Origin: Desulfobacterales bacterium | Lineage (GTDB): Bacteria; Desulfobacterota; Desulfobacteria; Desulfobacterales; UBA2174 | NCBI GenBank assembly: GCA_963668645.2 | Contig: CAXXWC010000010.1 | Location: forward strand, 32,001-96,000 | Direction: 5' to 3' | Length of the DNA: 64,000 nucleotides | Part shown: one piece after another, positions 29,361-43,295 of the stretch | Numbering within the stretch: the stretch's first letter is position 1 | Layout: each line of letters opens with the position of its first letter | Notes under the pieces: model-generated | What the model saw: only the letters and a program-made list of their open reading frames with translations | Told to the model about the DNA's origin: nothing | Database searches by the model: none | Translations under genes and position numbers: made by a program

Positions 29361-29487
29361 TTATAACGTTTAAGATTGTATGCGTAGTCATGTCGAAGCC
29401 AATAACTGGTTGCCTGCACGCATTTGCGTAAGGCCCGCAAAGCGTCGTGAAGCCAAGGCTATGATTCCGTATACAATCATGTTTGAC
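29361..29487 (-). other. attC-like site (family A, third copy)
   Basis: TTATAAC-GTTTAAGATTGTATGCGTAGTCA...TGATTCCGTATACAATC-AT-GTTTGAC, followed by the same TACCGC...TTCATATGTACTTT tail as copies 1 and 2. Confidence 0.75.
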
Positions 29488-29563
29488 TACCGCTCCAGTT
29501 CATATGTACTTTAATTCGAAATTCCCCATACCTCAGTTGTCGAGAAAATAACACCCCATCTGC

Positions 29564-30104
29564 CGCAGAGCCGCCGAGACGCAGAGGAGATTATTCTTCA
29601 AGGCCATTGACGCAGCGTGTAATCCCGGACTTCATCAATGCGTCCCCGAAGTTGAGCAGATAACCGAGCTTGCATCCGGTTAGCCGCAGGTAGGTCTGCA
29701 CTTGCTTCTTGTGCGCTGCGGTAACTCTCTCGACCGACTTCAATTCCAGGATGACCTTGCCGCCTACGATAATATCCGCCCGAAAGGCCTCGTCGAACCG
29801 GACACCCTTGTAGAGGATTGGCACGGCAACCTGCCGTTCTACCTTCAACCTCCGATCCCGCTCTGCGCCATCTTATCTCCCGCAGAGCCGCCAAGACGCA
29901 GAGGCAATTATTTTTTAAGGGCATGCAACTCGTGATCCAAGTCTTCATCGCCCCACTGCAGCAGCCCGCTCACGCGACATCACTTCCAGCTTTTTCCGCG
30001 CCACTGCGCCTCTGCGCGAAACTGTTTAAAGGCATCTCCCGCAGAGCCGCTGAGACGCAGAGGGGATCACTTTCAGCCATTCTCTGCGTCACCGCGTCTC
30101 TGCG
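29564..30104. repeat. Cluster of 23-bp CGCAGAGCCGCnnAGACGCAGAG REP-like repeats
   Basis: Direct copies at 29564, 29881 and 30040; inverted copies at 29994 and 30082. Confidence 0.85.
29591..29860 (-). pseudogene. GxxExxY family protein, 5'-truncated
   Basis: FRADIIV...LELKSV...QVQTYL.LT...GYLLNF. The N-terminal GxxExxY motif is missing. Confidence 0.85.
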
Positions 30105-30343
30105 CGAGACCGTCTTTCTTCCCCCCACAAAAACACAAAACCCCGCCATCCGTTGCGGAAAGCAGGGTTTCAGAGGCCAATGTTCATTTTTCGAGTGCCC
30201 TCCAGATTGTCGGGTTACTCAGAATTCAGAGTGCTATAGCAGGGACTTGAGAGCTGGTCAAATGCTTTTTTATTGATGAAGCACCATCTATTCGGTAGCC
30301 GCTTGAGCTAAAATGCCGGAACGGATTTCACCACGCTTTAAAG

Positions 30344-30730
30344 CTACGCTTCATGCACCAGCGGTTCCAGACGATTGATTTCCGCTGCACCGGGACCGTT
30401 CATCATATGCCACAAATCCCAATCCTGCTGAAGCCCCAACCAGAAATCCGCGGGCATCCCCAGTACCCTGGCCAGGCGCAGGGCGGTATCGGGCGTGACG
30501 GAGCGCCGGCCGTGGATGATCTCGTTGAGCCGCGGATAGGACACCCCGAGCCGGATCGCAAACGCGTTCTGGGAAATCCCCAGTGGTTTCAGAAACTCTT
30601 CCAGCAGCATTTCGCCCGGGTGCGTCGGCGGCCGATGTGCAGGCAGGCGGCGGCCGACTGGCGGCGTGACTTGAGCCTCATGTGCCTCGACTTGTCCGCT
30701 CACTCGTCCGGTGGCTACAATGTTCTTCAT
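30344..30730 (-). CDS. higA: HigA family antitoxin
   Basis: PTHPGEMLLEEFLKPLG...LNEII.G.R.VTPDTALRLA...FWLGLQ..WDL. Start uncertain. Confidence 0.9.
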   Translation of the reverse strand: MKNIVATGRVSGQVEAHEAQVTPPVGRRLPAHRPPTHPGEMLLEEFLKPLGISQNAFAIRLGVSYPRLNEIIHGRRSVTPDTALRLARVLGMPADFWLGLQQDWDLWHMMNGPGAAEINRLEPLVHEA

Positions 30731-31150
30731 GAGCGGCCTTTCCCTTTTTTCAAGTGTTCCAGTAAGCTGCGTCCCTTTTCCGTAAGCCGGTATTTCTGGA
30801 GGCGACTGGTGGGCTTGTCGGGGATGGTTCGTTCGATCCAGCCGACGGTGAGAAACGGTTCTATATAAGCCTTGCGGAAGTGCTCCCGGTCCTTGATGCC
30901 AACGGCTTCCTGAAGCTCCTCGCGAGAGCGTGGGGCGTCAACGATGGCCCCGAGCAGCACCCTTACTTGCGGGGTGACTTGCGGGGTATCTTGCGGGGTG
31001 AGTTGCGGGGTGACCTGGTCCCGACATAGTCCCGATCTGGTCCCTACCTCAGGCTTTTTCCTCCGGATCGTCAACACAAAAAAACCGTCGTCAATCCTGA
31101 TTTCAAGTTCAGGAAGCCCGGTTTTCTTGCATCGCCGGAACATATCACGG
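30727..31150 (-). pseudogene. C-terminal remnant of a RecG-like/Fic-associated wHTH protein
   Basis: TGIRDM...GLPE, 12-bp tandem TPQV repeats, DREHFRKAYIEP...TIPDKPTSRLQKYRLT. Confidence 0.7.
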
Positions 31151-31366
31151 ATCCCTGTTCTCCTGCGTTCGATGTCCTCGTCGGGAATGTAACTGTTAAT
31201 GACCGCAGCCGCTTTCACCTTGCGGGGCCCGCTTGTGCTGGATCTGCCTCCCACCACACTGCAATATCCCATTTTCCGGAAGTCTTTGGATGCCCCTTAT
31301 GCCCCTTTGGCGCCCCTTACCAAATGAGGGAAAGGCGGACGCCACACAGCCAAATAACGTGTAATT

Positions 31367-32221
31367 TTAGCTCTCACGCCCCTTATGCCCCTCTGATGCC
31401 CCTTTGGCAAGCCGGTAGAAGACTCCTTTCCCGGTAGTGCCCTCACGAGAGACGACATTGAGGGAAAGGAGTTGGTTCAGGTCCTGTGATGCCGTCCTTT
31501 TGGCGACTTTGAAGAGTGACTGGTATTCTGAGTTCGTAATCGTGCCATGGGATTTCAGGTGACCGATTGCAGCGGTCTGCCGTTTGTTCAGCTCAAATTG
31601 GGCGAGTTGTTTATCGGTCAGCCAGTCACGCCAGAGGGTGACGGTAAACTGGTCGCCGTCCTGTACGAAGTCGGGTTCGGGAAGCCCGGCTTCGCGGCAT
31701 TTGGCGAGGACGTCAAGAATACCGGTGCCGGCTTTATCGATGTAATCGGCTAGAAAAAGGGCTTCGCAGAGGCGCTTGTTGCGCGGTACGGAGCTGTGGG
31801 CCTGCTTGAGCTTGGCGGGGGTGAGTGTGGGAGGGAGTTCGCCTGGATTCCAAACCGCTACCCGGTCGGCAAAGACATAGACCTGTGCGCTGGCATCGGA
31901 CTGGTAATCGCGGTGGGCAAGGGCGTTAATGCGGTAGATGGAGTCCTCTGTGGCACGTCCGAATTCGTATTCCGTTGGGGAAATTCCCTTGTCATCGGTC
32001 GAACCGTATTCGTTGGCAAGGATGCCGAGATAAATGGCGGACGCCGAAATTTCATCGAGGTAGGTCTCGTCAGCCCGTCTGTCAGCAGCAGGCAAATCTT
32101 CAAACAAGAAAACATCGAAATACTGGCTGAAGAGAGCATCATCGCGAATGAAGTCGCGAATCGCCCGCCGCTCACTCGCGAGTTCTTTTTGGACGCTACT
32201 AATGAAGATCTGCTGTTTCAT
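31367..32221 (-). pseudogene. DUF4062 / RecG C-terminal / HTH protein with apparent internal deletion
   Basis: IFISSVQKEL...TEYEF joined directly to INALAHRDY...WNPGELP...GTGI; the usual intervening domain is absent. The frame stays open. Confidence 0.65.
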
Positions 32222-32425
32222 GCACCGACTCCGAGTTGCTTGAGGATTTTGTTGAGAGCCTTGTCGGTCTCTTTCGCCTCGGTCTCGATGGCTTCCAGTT
32301 CCAACACGATCTCCGCAATCAGCCGGTAGGTTTTAGCGTCGCCGGTTTGGATATATCGGATGGGAGGGATGTTGTAGTCGTTTTCCGCAAGCTCTGCGTG
32401 ATCGACGATGCGGCTGAATTTTTCA
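32218..32425 (-). pseudogene. Type I restriction-modification HsdM C-terminal remnant
   Basis: KFSRIVDHAELAENDYNIPPIRYI...ILKQLGVGA*. Confidence 0.7.
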
Positions 32426-32438
32426 GTCTCGGATCAGA

Positions 32439-32744
32439 TCATCCGGCCGCATACTGTACCTCCGCTTCAGCCATCACCTGTTGGCGAAAATACCGGCTGA
32501 GGTCCTCCGGCGTACGCAGGTCGACCTTGCGGCCGCCCATGAGTGCAGACAGTTCCATTTCCATGCGGGCAATGCCGAACAGGCCTGGAATGCGTTCCTT
32601 CTCAAACTCGACCAGCACATCGATATCGCTGTCGGCTCCAAAGTCACCGCGCAGAGCCGAACCGAATATCGCCAGTCGCCGAATGCCGCGTGTCTCGCAG
32701 AAATCGGATAGCCTATTCTTATCGATTTTGATTTCGGCTCTCAT
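32439..32744 (-). CDS. Minimal nucleotidyltransferase (MntA-like antitoxin)
   Basis: [19 protein letters not shown]...KVDLRT..LS.YFR. Confidence 0.9.
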   Translation of the reverse strand: MRAEIKIDKNRLSDFCETRGIRRLAIFGSALRGDFGADSDIDVLVEFEKERIPGLFGIARMEMELSALMGGRKVDLRTPEDLSRYFRQQVMAEAEVQYAAG

Positions 32745-32960
32745 GCCTCCTGCTCCATCACTTCCAAACTCTCGATGTCCCGGTCGTCTACGATCCTGGC
32801 GGCGATGCGGCGCTTTTCACCGTGCGCAAAGGGAAGCGAAACGATGCGGTGGCCCCGGTTTGGTGAAATGAAAGTTGAAGGCGAACCGCTTAACCATGGG
32901 AAAAAGCCACCTTGAAAGACATTGTAACGAAAAAGCTCGGCAATGTCATCCAGTGTCCTT

Positions 32961-33600
32961 CTAACGGATCTTCCCTCTTCGCAGCTTCTTCTTAGCCCAT
33001 CTCAACTAATTGCAATTAAATGCGTTTTCTTTCAGAAACGAGCTTTTTCTTCGTGTCTACCACCACCTTGGACTTGGGCAGGGCTGCTGGCAAATTCACC
33101 TTCACCGCGCCCAATAACTCCCTGGCCAGCGGCGACGGCTCCGGTATGCGCAACAACGTCTCCGTACCACTCAGCGACAGCTCCATGGCACTGATCCGAT
33201 CCAGTTCGGCCAGCCCCTCTTCCACAGTCAGGTCAATTTCCCTCCAGGCCTGCTTGAGTTGCCGAACCAGAATGTAGGCCAGCATCACCACCAGCACATG
33301 GCCCCGCGTGTTGGCCTCGGTGCGCACGAACACCGGCCGTACCTCCAGGTGACTCGTCTTGCACGTGCGAAACGCACTTTCCACCATGGCAAGATCTTTG
33401 TACCGATCGTGAATCGCCCGGCTGTCGGCCACCACCGCCGGCACATTACTCTTGAGCGCATAGCAACCGTCCAGTTCGCTGATCTGGGCCATGTAATCGC
33501 TATCCACGTTGACCTGGATGCGCCGGTCGATAGCCGTCACGGTCACAAATGCACTCAAACCCAGTCTGCTTTCTTTGTCCGACACCTTCTTCCAGGCGAC
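32961..33600 (-). pseudogene. IS1634-family 3' half with right end
   Basis: LDGCYALKS...YKDL..VESAFR..K..LEVRPVF...RGHV. The 5' part is lost. Confidence 0.85.
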
Positions 33601-33605
33601 AATGA

Positions 33606-33940
33606 TGTGGTTTAATTCAAACGGACACCCTGCTAAAAGTCAGTCAACAGAAAGCGAGGTGTTCGATGAGCGAGGGCGCAAAGAGGCAGCAGTTCACCAA
33701 AGAATTCAAAGATGACGCGGTCCGGCTGGTTCTGGAGCAGGGTACAACTGTAGGGAGGCAGATTTTCCAGGCCTCCAAGCAGACCTATGGCTCTCCTCGG
33801 GTGGTCAGGGAGCTGGAAAAGGCCGGCTACAATGTCGGCCGCTATCAGGTCCGTAGCCTGATTCGCAGGTTGGGTCTCAGGGCCAAGACGCCCAGACGCT
33901 ACAAAGTGACCACCGACAGCAACCACAAGAATCCTGGTGT
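33606..33940 (+). pseudogene. Internally deleted IS3-family element
   Basis: OrfA start (RQQFTKEFKDDAVRLV) fused to OrfB segment (YGSPRV...TTDSNH). TG-starting left end with CGGACACC. Confidence 0.8.
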
Positions 33941-34034
33941 ATTGCCGCTGACGCGGATATGCTGCTGCTCGCGCTTTCGCAAGTGGCGCGTTTTTTTCTT
34001 GCAAACCCATTAAATGAGAACAAAGGAACCGATC

Positions 34035-34319
34035 ATGGACGAATGCCAGCAGGCAGGACCATCGATAGTCGAAATCAAGGTCGTAAAATCAAGCTGCCAT
34101 CTGATGGCCGAAGGCAGTCGGCTGATTCTCGAAGGGCCGTGCATCAGTTATGAAAAATCCGGGCCAGTGTGCGTGACGGCACTAAACGCCATCTACCCGT
34201 GGGTGATGCTTACCCGCTTTGCGGTAAAAACCCCCGCGCTCGACTACGACAACGAAAACCAGTGCTATCACGCGACGTGCCCGTGCGGGACGGTTTCCTA
34301 CGACATCCGCAAGCTCTAG
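34035..34319 (+). CDS. Small Cys-containing protein (TIGR04076-like)
   Basis: IKVVKS.C...C..AL.AIYPW...CP...V.Y.I pattern; RBS AAGGA. Confidence 0.6.
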   Translation: MDECQQAGPSIVEIKVVKSSCHLMAEGSRLILEGPCISYEKSGPVCVTALNAIYPWVMLTRFAVKTPALDYDNENQCYHATCPCGTVSYDIRKL

Positions 34320-34621
34320 CGCGATACGAGGTTTGATCGATACGCCGCTGCGGCTAAAAGTACAAAGCCGGTTTTCCCCCGGCCGCGTTTGGCCGCGGCG
34401 GTGCATTTACACCCTTGTCTGGGCACGCGCGCGCCGGCGGCTTTTCAAAATCGGGCGGTAAAAACTTTTTCTAAGCCCCGGTTGCAATCTCGAAAGACAT
34501 TCTGGCCCAAAGTAGGGATTTCAACTTTGCATTAAAGGAAGGTCTCCGCGGCGCCATTGCGATCGCAGACCGACCCGATATTTGGACTGGCGATTTTAGG
34601 CTTACCGTGTAAAATCCCCCC

Positions 34622-35236
34622 ATGACGCGTTATCTGACCCTCGCCCTCGTCTGGGCCATCTGGTGCGCCCTGCACAGCCTTCTGATCAGCCCGCCCATCA
34701 ACGGCCTGATCGCACGGCGCCTGCCCGGGCTGGTACGCTGCTATCGCCTGTTTTACAATGCGTTTGCCGTGGCGACCCTCATCGGCGTGGTGGGCTACAG
34801 CACCACCTTCCAGGGGCCGGTCCTCTTCGGCTGGAGCGGGTGGCTGCGCATCGTTCAGACCGCCATGCTGGCCGCCGCCATCGGGCTCTTTGCCGCCGGG
34901 GCCCGGCGCTACGACCTGCGCCAGTTTCTCGGGCTGCGCCAGGCGCACAATGAAAACACTTGCAGCGTCCTCACCGAGGACTGCCATCTGGACACCAGCG
35001 GGGTCCTCGGCCTGGTGCGCCATCCATGGTACACGGGCGGGATTCTGCTGATCTGGGCACGCCAGCTCGATGCGGCGGCGGTGGTGATCAATCTGGTGCT
35101 CACCGTATATCTCATCGTGGGGGCCATGATCGAAGAAGAAAAATTGCAGGCCCAGTTCGGCGCCGAATATGATGCCTATCGCCGGCGCGTGCCGATGCTC
35201 GTGCCGTTCCGCTGGACTCGGCGCGGTGGGCACTGA
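34622..35236 (+). CDS. Isoprenylcysteine-methyltransferase/NnrU-like membrane protein
   Basis: HSLL, YRLFYN, VRHPWY, EEEKL...FG.EY..Y..RVP. Confidence 0.8.
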   Translation: MTRYLTLALVWAIWCALHSLLISPPINGLIARRLPGLVRCYRLFYNAFAVATLIGVVGYSTTFQGPVLFGWSGWLRIVQTAMLAAAIGLFAAGARRYDLRQFLGLRQAHNENTCSVLTEDCHLDTSGVLGLVRHPWYTGGILLIWARQLDAAAVVINLVLTVYLIVGAMIEEEKLQAQFGAEYDAYRRRVPMLVPFRWTRRGGH

Positions 35237-35302
35237 TGGGCGACAATCGGTTTTGACCACAAAACGCTTTTAAAATTTTCAAAATCGCCCTCAAACGATC
35301 CC

Positions 35303-38300
35303 ATGATGCAGGTCTACCACAGCAACCGTGCCGAACAGCTGGTCCAGCGCCTGGCGCAGATCGTCACCCAACCGCCGGCCGATCCCCTGGCCCCAGAAAC
35401 GGTGGTGGTCCAGAACCCGGGCATGGCCCGCTGGCTGGCCCAGCAACTGGCCCTGCAGACCGGCATCGCCGCCAACCTGGAGTTTCCCCTGCCGGCCAGC
35501 TTTGCCTGGCGCATCCAGGCAGCCTGGATGCAGACCGTGCCCGAAGAAAGCGGCTATGACCGCCAGCAGCTCCAATGGCGGGTGCTGGCCCTTTTGCCGC
35601 GATTTTTGCCCCAGCCCGCCTTTGCCCCCCTCCACCGCTACCTCAAAGACGATGAATCCGACCTCAAGGCCTATCAACTGGCCGGGCGCATCGCCGACGT
35701 CTTTGATCAGTACCTCGTCTACCGGCCCGACATGGTGCTTGGCTGGGAGGCGGGCCGCGAGGACGACTGGCAGGCCGAGCTGTGGCGGGCCGTGGCGGCA
35801 GGCACCGGCGGGATGCACCGGGCCGGAATCTTCGCCGAATTCCGGGCCGCCGTCGGCCGGGGTGAAGGCCCCCGCACGGCCCTGCCGGAAAGGGTCAGCC
35901 TCTTTGGCCTCACCGCCCTGGCTCCGGTCCACCTGCACGCCTTTACGGCCCTTGCCCGGCATGCCGCGGTGCATGTCTTTTTGCTCAACCCCAGTGCGGA
36001 GTACTGGACCGACATCGTGGACGAGCGCGGCCAGGCCAGGCGCCGCGCCCGCTGGCGGCAAAGCGGCGGCCAGGATCTAAGCGGCCTGCTCGACGTGGGC
36101 AATCCCCTGCTGGCCTCCATGGGCCACACCGGCCAGGGCTTTCTCGACCAGCTTCTCGATCTCGGGGCTTCGGACCAGGATCTTTTTGAAGATCCCGGCG
36201 AGACCACCCTGCTGGCCTCCCTGCAACACGACATCCTGCACCTCAACGACCGGCGCCAGAACCCCACCCATCTGCCCGCCGGGGATCGGTCGGTGCAGGT
36301 GCACGCCTGCCACACCCCCATGCGCGAGGTGCAGGTGCTACGCGACCGGCTGCTGGCCTTTTTCGAACACCTGCCGGACCTGCGGCCCCGGGAAATCGTG
36401 GTCATGGCCCCGGACATCGACATCTACGCCCCCCATCTGGAGGCGGTCTTCGAGGACGCTTCCCAGGAACAGTACATTCCCTGGACCGTAGCCGACCGCC
36501 GCCTGCCTGCCGAACAGCCGGTGATCGAAACCCTCCTCGGGCTTCTCGACCTGCCGGCCTGGCGTCTGACCGCTTCCGAGGTTCTGGGGCTGCTGGAAGT
36601 GCCGGCGGTCTCGCGCCGCTTCGGTTTTAACGAGGAATCCCTCTCCCGGGTCCGCGCCTGGGTCGAGGACTGCGGCATCCGCTGGGGCGCCGACGCCGCC
36701 ATGCGGGCCGCCGACGACCTGCCCGCCGAGGCGGCCAACACCTGGGAGGCGGGACTGGCTCGGCTCTTTCTCGGCTACGCCATGCCGCCCGAAGAGGTCT
36801 TTTTTTCCGGCACCCTGAGCCACCCGGACGTGGAAGGGGCCGCAGCCGCCGACCTGGGCGCCCTCCAGACCCTGGTGGACCGCCTGGCCCATTGGCGGGC
36901 GGCCCTTTGCCGGCCGGCAGGGGCCGGGAACTGGCTGGAACGGGTCAACCGTCTGGTGGACGATTTACTGGCACCGGACGACGACGAGGCCGAAGCGATC
37001 CAGGCCGTGCGCCGGGTCCTGGGCGACCTGGGCCGGGAAGCTTCGGCGGCAGGCCTGGACACTCCCTTGCAGACCCGGGTGGTCCGGGCCCATCTCGAAG
37101 CATGCCTTTCCAGTGCCGGCGGCGCGCGCCGCTTCCTGCTGGGCGGGGTGACCTTTTGCAATATGGTGCCCATGCGCGCCATCCCTTTCCGGGTGGTCTG
37201 CCTGCTGGGGCTCAACGACATCGATTTTCCCCGGCGCCAGCATCCGCCCGGCTTCGACCGCATCGCCGCCGATCCGCGCCCCGGGGACCGGTCCCGGCGC
37301 CTGGACGACCGCTACCTCTTTCTCGAAGCCCTCCTTTCGGCCAGGGACGTCTTTTACCTGAGCTACCTGGGAAGCGATGTGCGCGACAATTCCCCCCGGG
37401 TCCCGTCGGTGGTGGTGAGCGAACTTTTGGACTACCTCGACCAAGGCTGGACCACCGGGGAAGAAAAGGCGCCCTCGACCCGCCTGGTCTGCCGCCATCC
37501 GCTCCAGCCCTTCAGCCTGCGCCTTTTCGACGGGCGGGACCCGGCCCTTTTTTCCTACGACCGGCGCTGGCTGGAGGCCGCCGCGGGGCCGGAGCCGGAA
37601 GCGGCAATTTCCCCCTTTATGGACGGCGACCTTCCGCCACCGGAAGAAGATGCGCGCACCGTGGCCCTGGACGAGCTGGTTGGCTTTTTCCTCAACCCTG
37701 CGGCCCGGTTCCTGGAGCGACGCCTGGGCATCCGCCTGGAAGCGGGCGAAGGGCCGCCGGCCGACGAGGAGCCCTTCGATCTGGCGGGCCTGGAGCGCTA
37801 CCTGGCCCGGGACGAACTGGTGCCCGCCTTGATCGTGGGCCAAGATGTCGAAATCGTCGAAGCACGGATCCGGGCCAGGGGCCGGCTGCCCCACGGCCGG
37901 CTCGGGGCCGCGGCCTGGACCGAAGCCCTGGAGGGGATGGATCAAATCGCCGAAACAGCGCGCAAGGCCAGGGGCACAAAGATTTCCCCGCTGGAAATCG
38001 ACCTCACCCTGGGCCGCTTCACCCTGCGCGGCTGGCTGAAGGATCTTACCGACCGCGGCCGCCTGGCCGTGCGCCCGGCCACTGTCAAGGCCAAGGACCG
38101 GCTGCGCCTGTGGATTTTGCACCTGGTTCTGTGCGCGGCGGCGCCGACCCTTGAAGCCGCCCAGAGTCTTCATATCGGCCTCGAAGAGGTGGTACGTTTC
38201 GGCCACCAGCCCGAGGCGGCCCGGCTGCTGAAAGCCCTGCTCGAACGCTGGTGGCAGGGCCAGTCCTCGCCGCTTTCATTTTTCCCGGAAACCTCCTGGA

Positions 38301-38517
38301 CCTACGCCGCCACCCTGGCCCGTACCGGCAACGAGGATGAGGCTTTCAAAGCGTGCCAGCGGGCCTGGCAGGACGATTACCGGGGCATAGGGGACGCCTT
38401 TGATTCGGCGGTCCAACTCGCCTGGCGCGGCCGCGATCCCCTGGGGCCGGCATTCATGGAGATCGCGGTCGAGATCTTCGGGCCCCTGATCGATGCCACC
38501 GAAGCCGAGGCCGCCCC

Positions 38518-38521
<4 letters not shown>
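35303..38521 (+). CDS. recC: Exodeoxyribonuclease V gamma subunit
   Basis: YHSNR.E.L, VQNPGMARWL, FDQYLVYRPD, GNPLLAS.G, MRAIPFRVVCLLGLN, DDRYLFLEAL, HPLQPF. Confidence 0.95.
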
Positions 38522-42099
<3,578 letters not shown>

Positions 42100-42265
42100 A
42101 GCCAGGAAGAGCAGATCTCCTCTGCCATCCTAACCTCCACTCTCTCTCCTCGGGCGTTCCGGCCGACTCGCAATCCCGGATGATTAAAATCCGTGGCCGG
42201 AACGCCCTACCCTCCCCCAACAGATGAGATCCGGTAATTTGAGAACGGATTCAAGACGGCAAAGG

Positions 42266-43204
42266 TCAAGGCAGGCTCGGCACACTGCCGTCGATGCGCA
42301 GCAACCGCCGGGCCAGTCCCAGGGGTGGGTTTCCAGCCGCGACCAGGCGCAGCCGCAGCCGCGGTTCGAGCACCGCATGGGCCAAAGTCTCTGTTTTGAG
42401 AAGCTGGACCACGCTCACCTGGGTGTTTTCCATGCGCGCCCCGCTCAGTGAAGCCCCGTCAAGACGAGCGTCCTCCAGGCGGGCGTCCTCCAGGCCGCAG
42501 CCGTCCAGCCGTGCCCCGCGCAGATCCGCCTCGCGCAGATCCGCCCGGCGAAGATCCGCCTGACGAAGATCGGCGCCGCGCAGATCGGCACGATAGAAAA
42601 AGATTTCACGCAGATCGGCGCCGGCCAGCTTGACGTTGCGCAGGTCGGCGCCGCTCAATCCGACCCCCTGAAGATTGGCTCCTTCCAGGTGCGCCTGACT
42701 CAAGTCGGCGCCGTGAAGCCGGATCCCGCGCAGGTCCGCGCCTTCCAGAAGGCCGCCGCTTAAGTCCACCACCGTCTCGCCGCTGTGGTTCAGGGCACGG
42801 ATGGCGGCCTGGATCGTGGCGGCCGCCGATGGATGGGCCGCGGCTTTGAGCTTTTGGATAAATCCCCGGTAAACTTCCAACTGTGCTTTTTGGCGGCGGT
42901 GGCGCTGGCAGGTGAGGATCAGACTGACACCGATCATCTCCAACAGGACGATCAGCAAAAACCGGGCTGCCCAACGGCCGGTCTGGATTTGCGCCAGGTC
43001 GCTCCAGCCGGTTGCGGTCGCCCCGGCCAGCGCCACCATTATGCCGCACAGGAGGGCCAGAAGGAAACGGGGTCGAGTGTTAATGCCGTACCAGAGCCAT
43101 CCCCAGAACCGTCCCGCGGTGACCCGGTGAACGCACCAGAGCAGGACCGCGATCAAAACCATTGCGATGAATGCCACGGCGGCGGGATTTTGGATCTGGA
43201 TCAT
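42266..43204 (-). CDS. Membrane-anchored pentapeptide repeat protein
   Basis: Three N-terminal hydrophobic helices, then many A(D/N)LR.. repeats. Start uncertain (43204 or 43237). Confidence 0.85.
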   Translation of the reverse strand: MIQIQNPAAVAFIAMVLIAVLLWCVHRVTAGRFWGWLWYGINTRPRFLLALLCGIMVALAGATATGWSDLAQIQTGRWAARFLLIVLLEMIGVSLILTCQRHRRQKAQLEVYRGFIQKLKAAAHPSAAATIQAAIRALNHSGETVVDLSGGLLEGADLRGIRLHGADLSQAHLEGANLQGVGLSGADLRNVKLAGADLREIFFYRADLRGADLRQADLRRADLREADLRGARLDGCGLEDARLEDARLDGASLSGARMENTQVSVVQLLKTETLAHAVLEPRLRLRLVAAGNPPLGLARRLLRIDGSVPSLP

Positions 43205-43240
43205 GGCGGTTTGCTTTGCTTCGGTATCTGAATTCACACT

Positions 43241-43270
43241 GCGGGCGCACCCTTAAGAAAGTGCGCCCGC
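43241..43270 (-). terminator. Hairpin downstream of the MFS gene
   Basis: GCGGGCGCAC-N10-GTGCGCCCGC perfect 10-bp stem; no clear U-tract. Confidence 0.5.
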
Positions 43271-43295
43271 TTCCGGTGTCTGTTGCCGCTCGGGA

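Noticed and set aside
29564..30104. Possible CRISPR array from the 23-bp repeats
   Set aside because: Irregular spacing, both orientations, and degenerate copies.
30966..31015. 12-bp tandem repeat as a contingency locus
   Set aside because: It is an in-frame TPQV linker repeat within a gene remnant.
29488..34000. Integron integrase / attI expected upstream of the array
   Set aside because: No ORF with tyrosine-recombinase R-H-R-Y motifs is visible.
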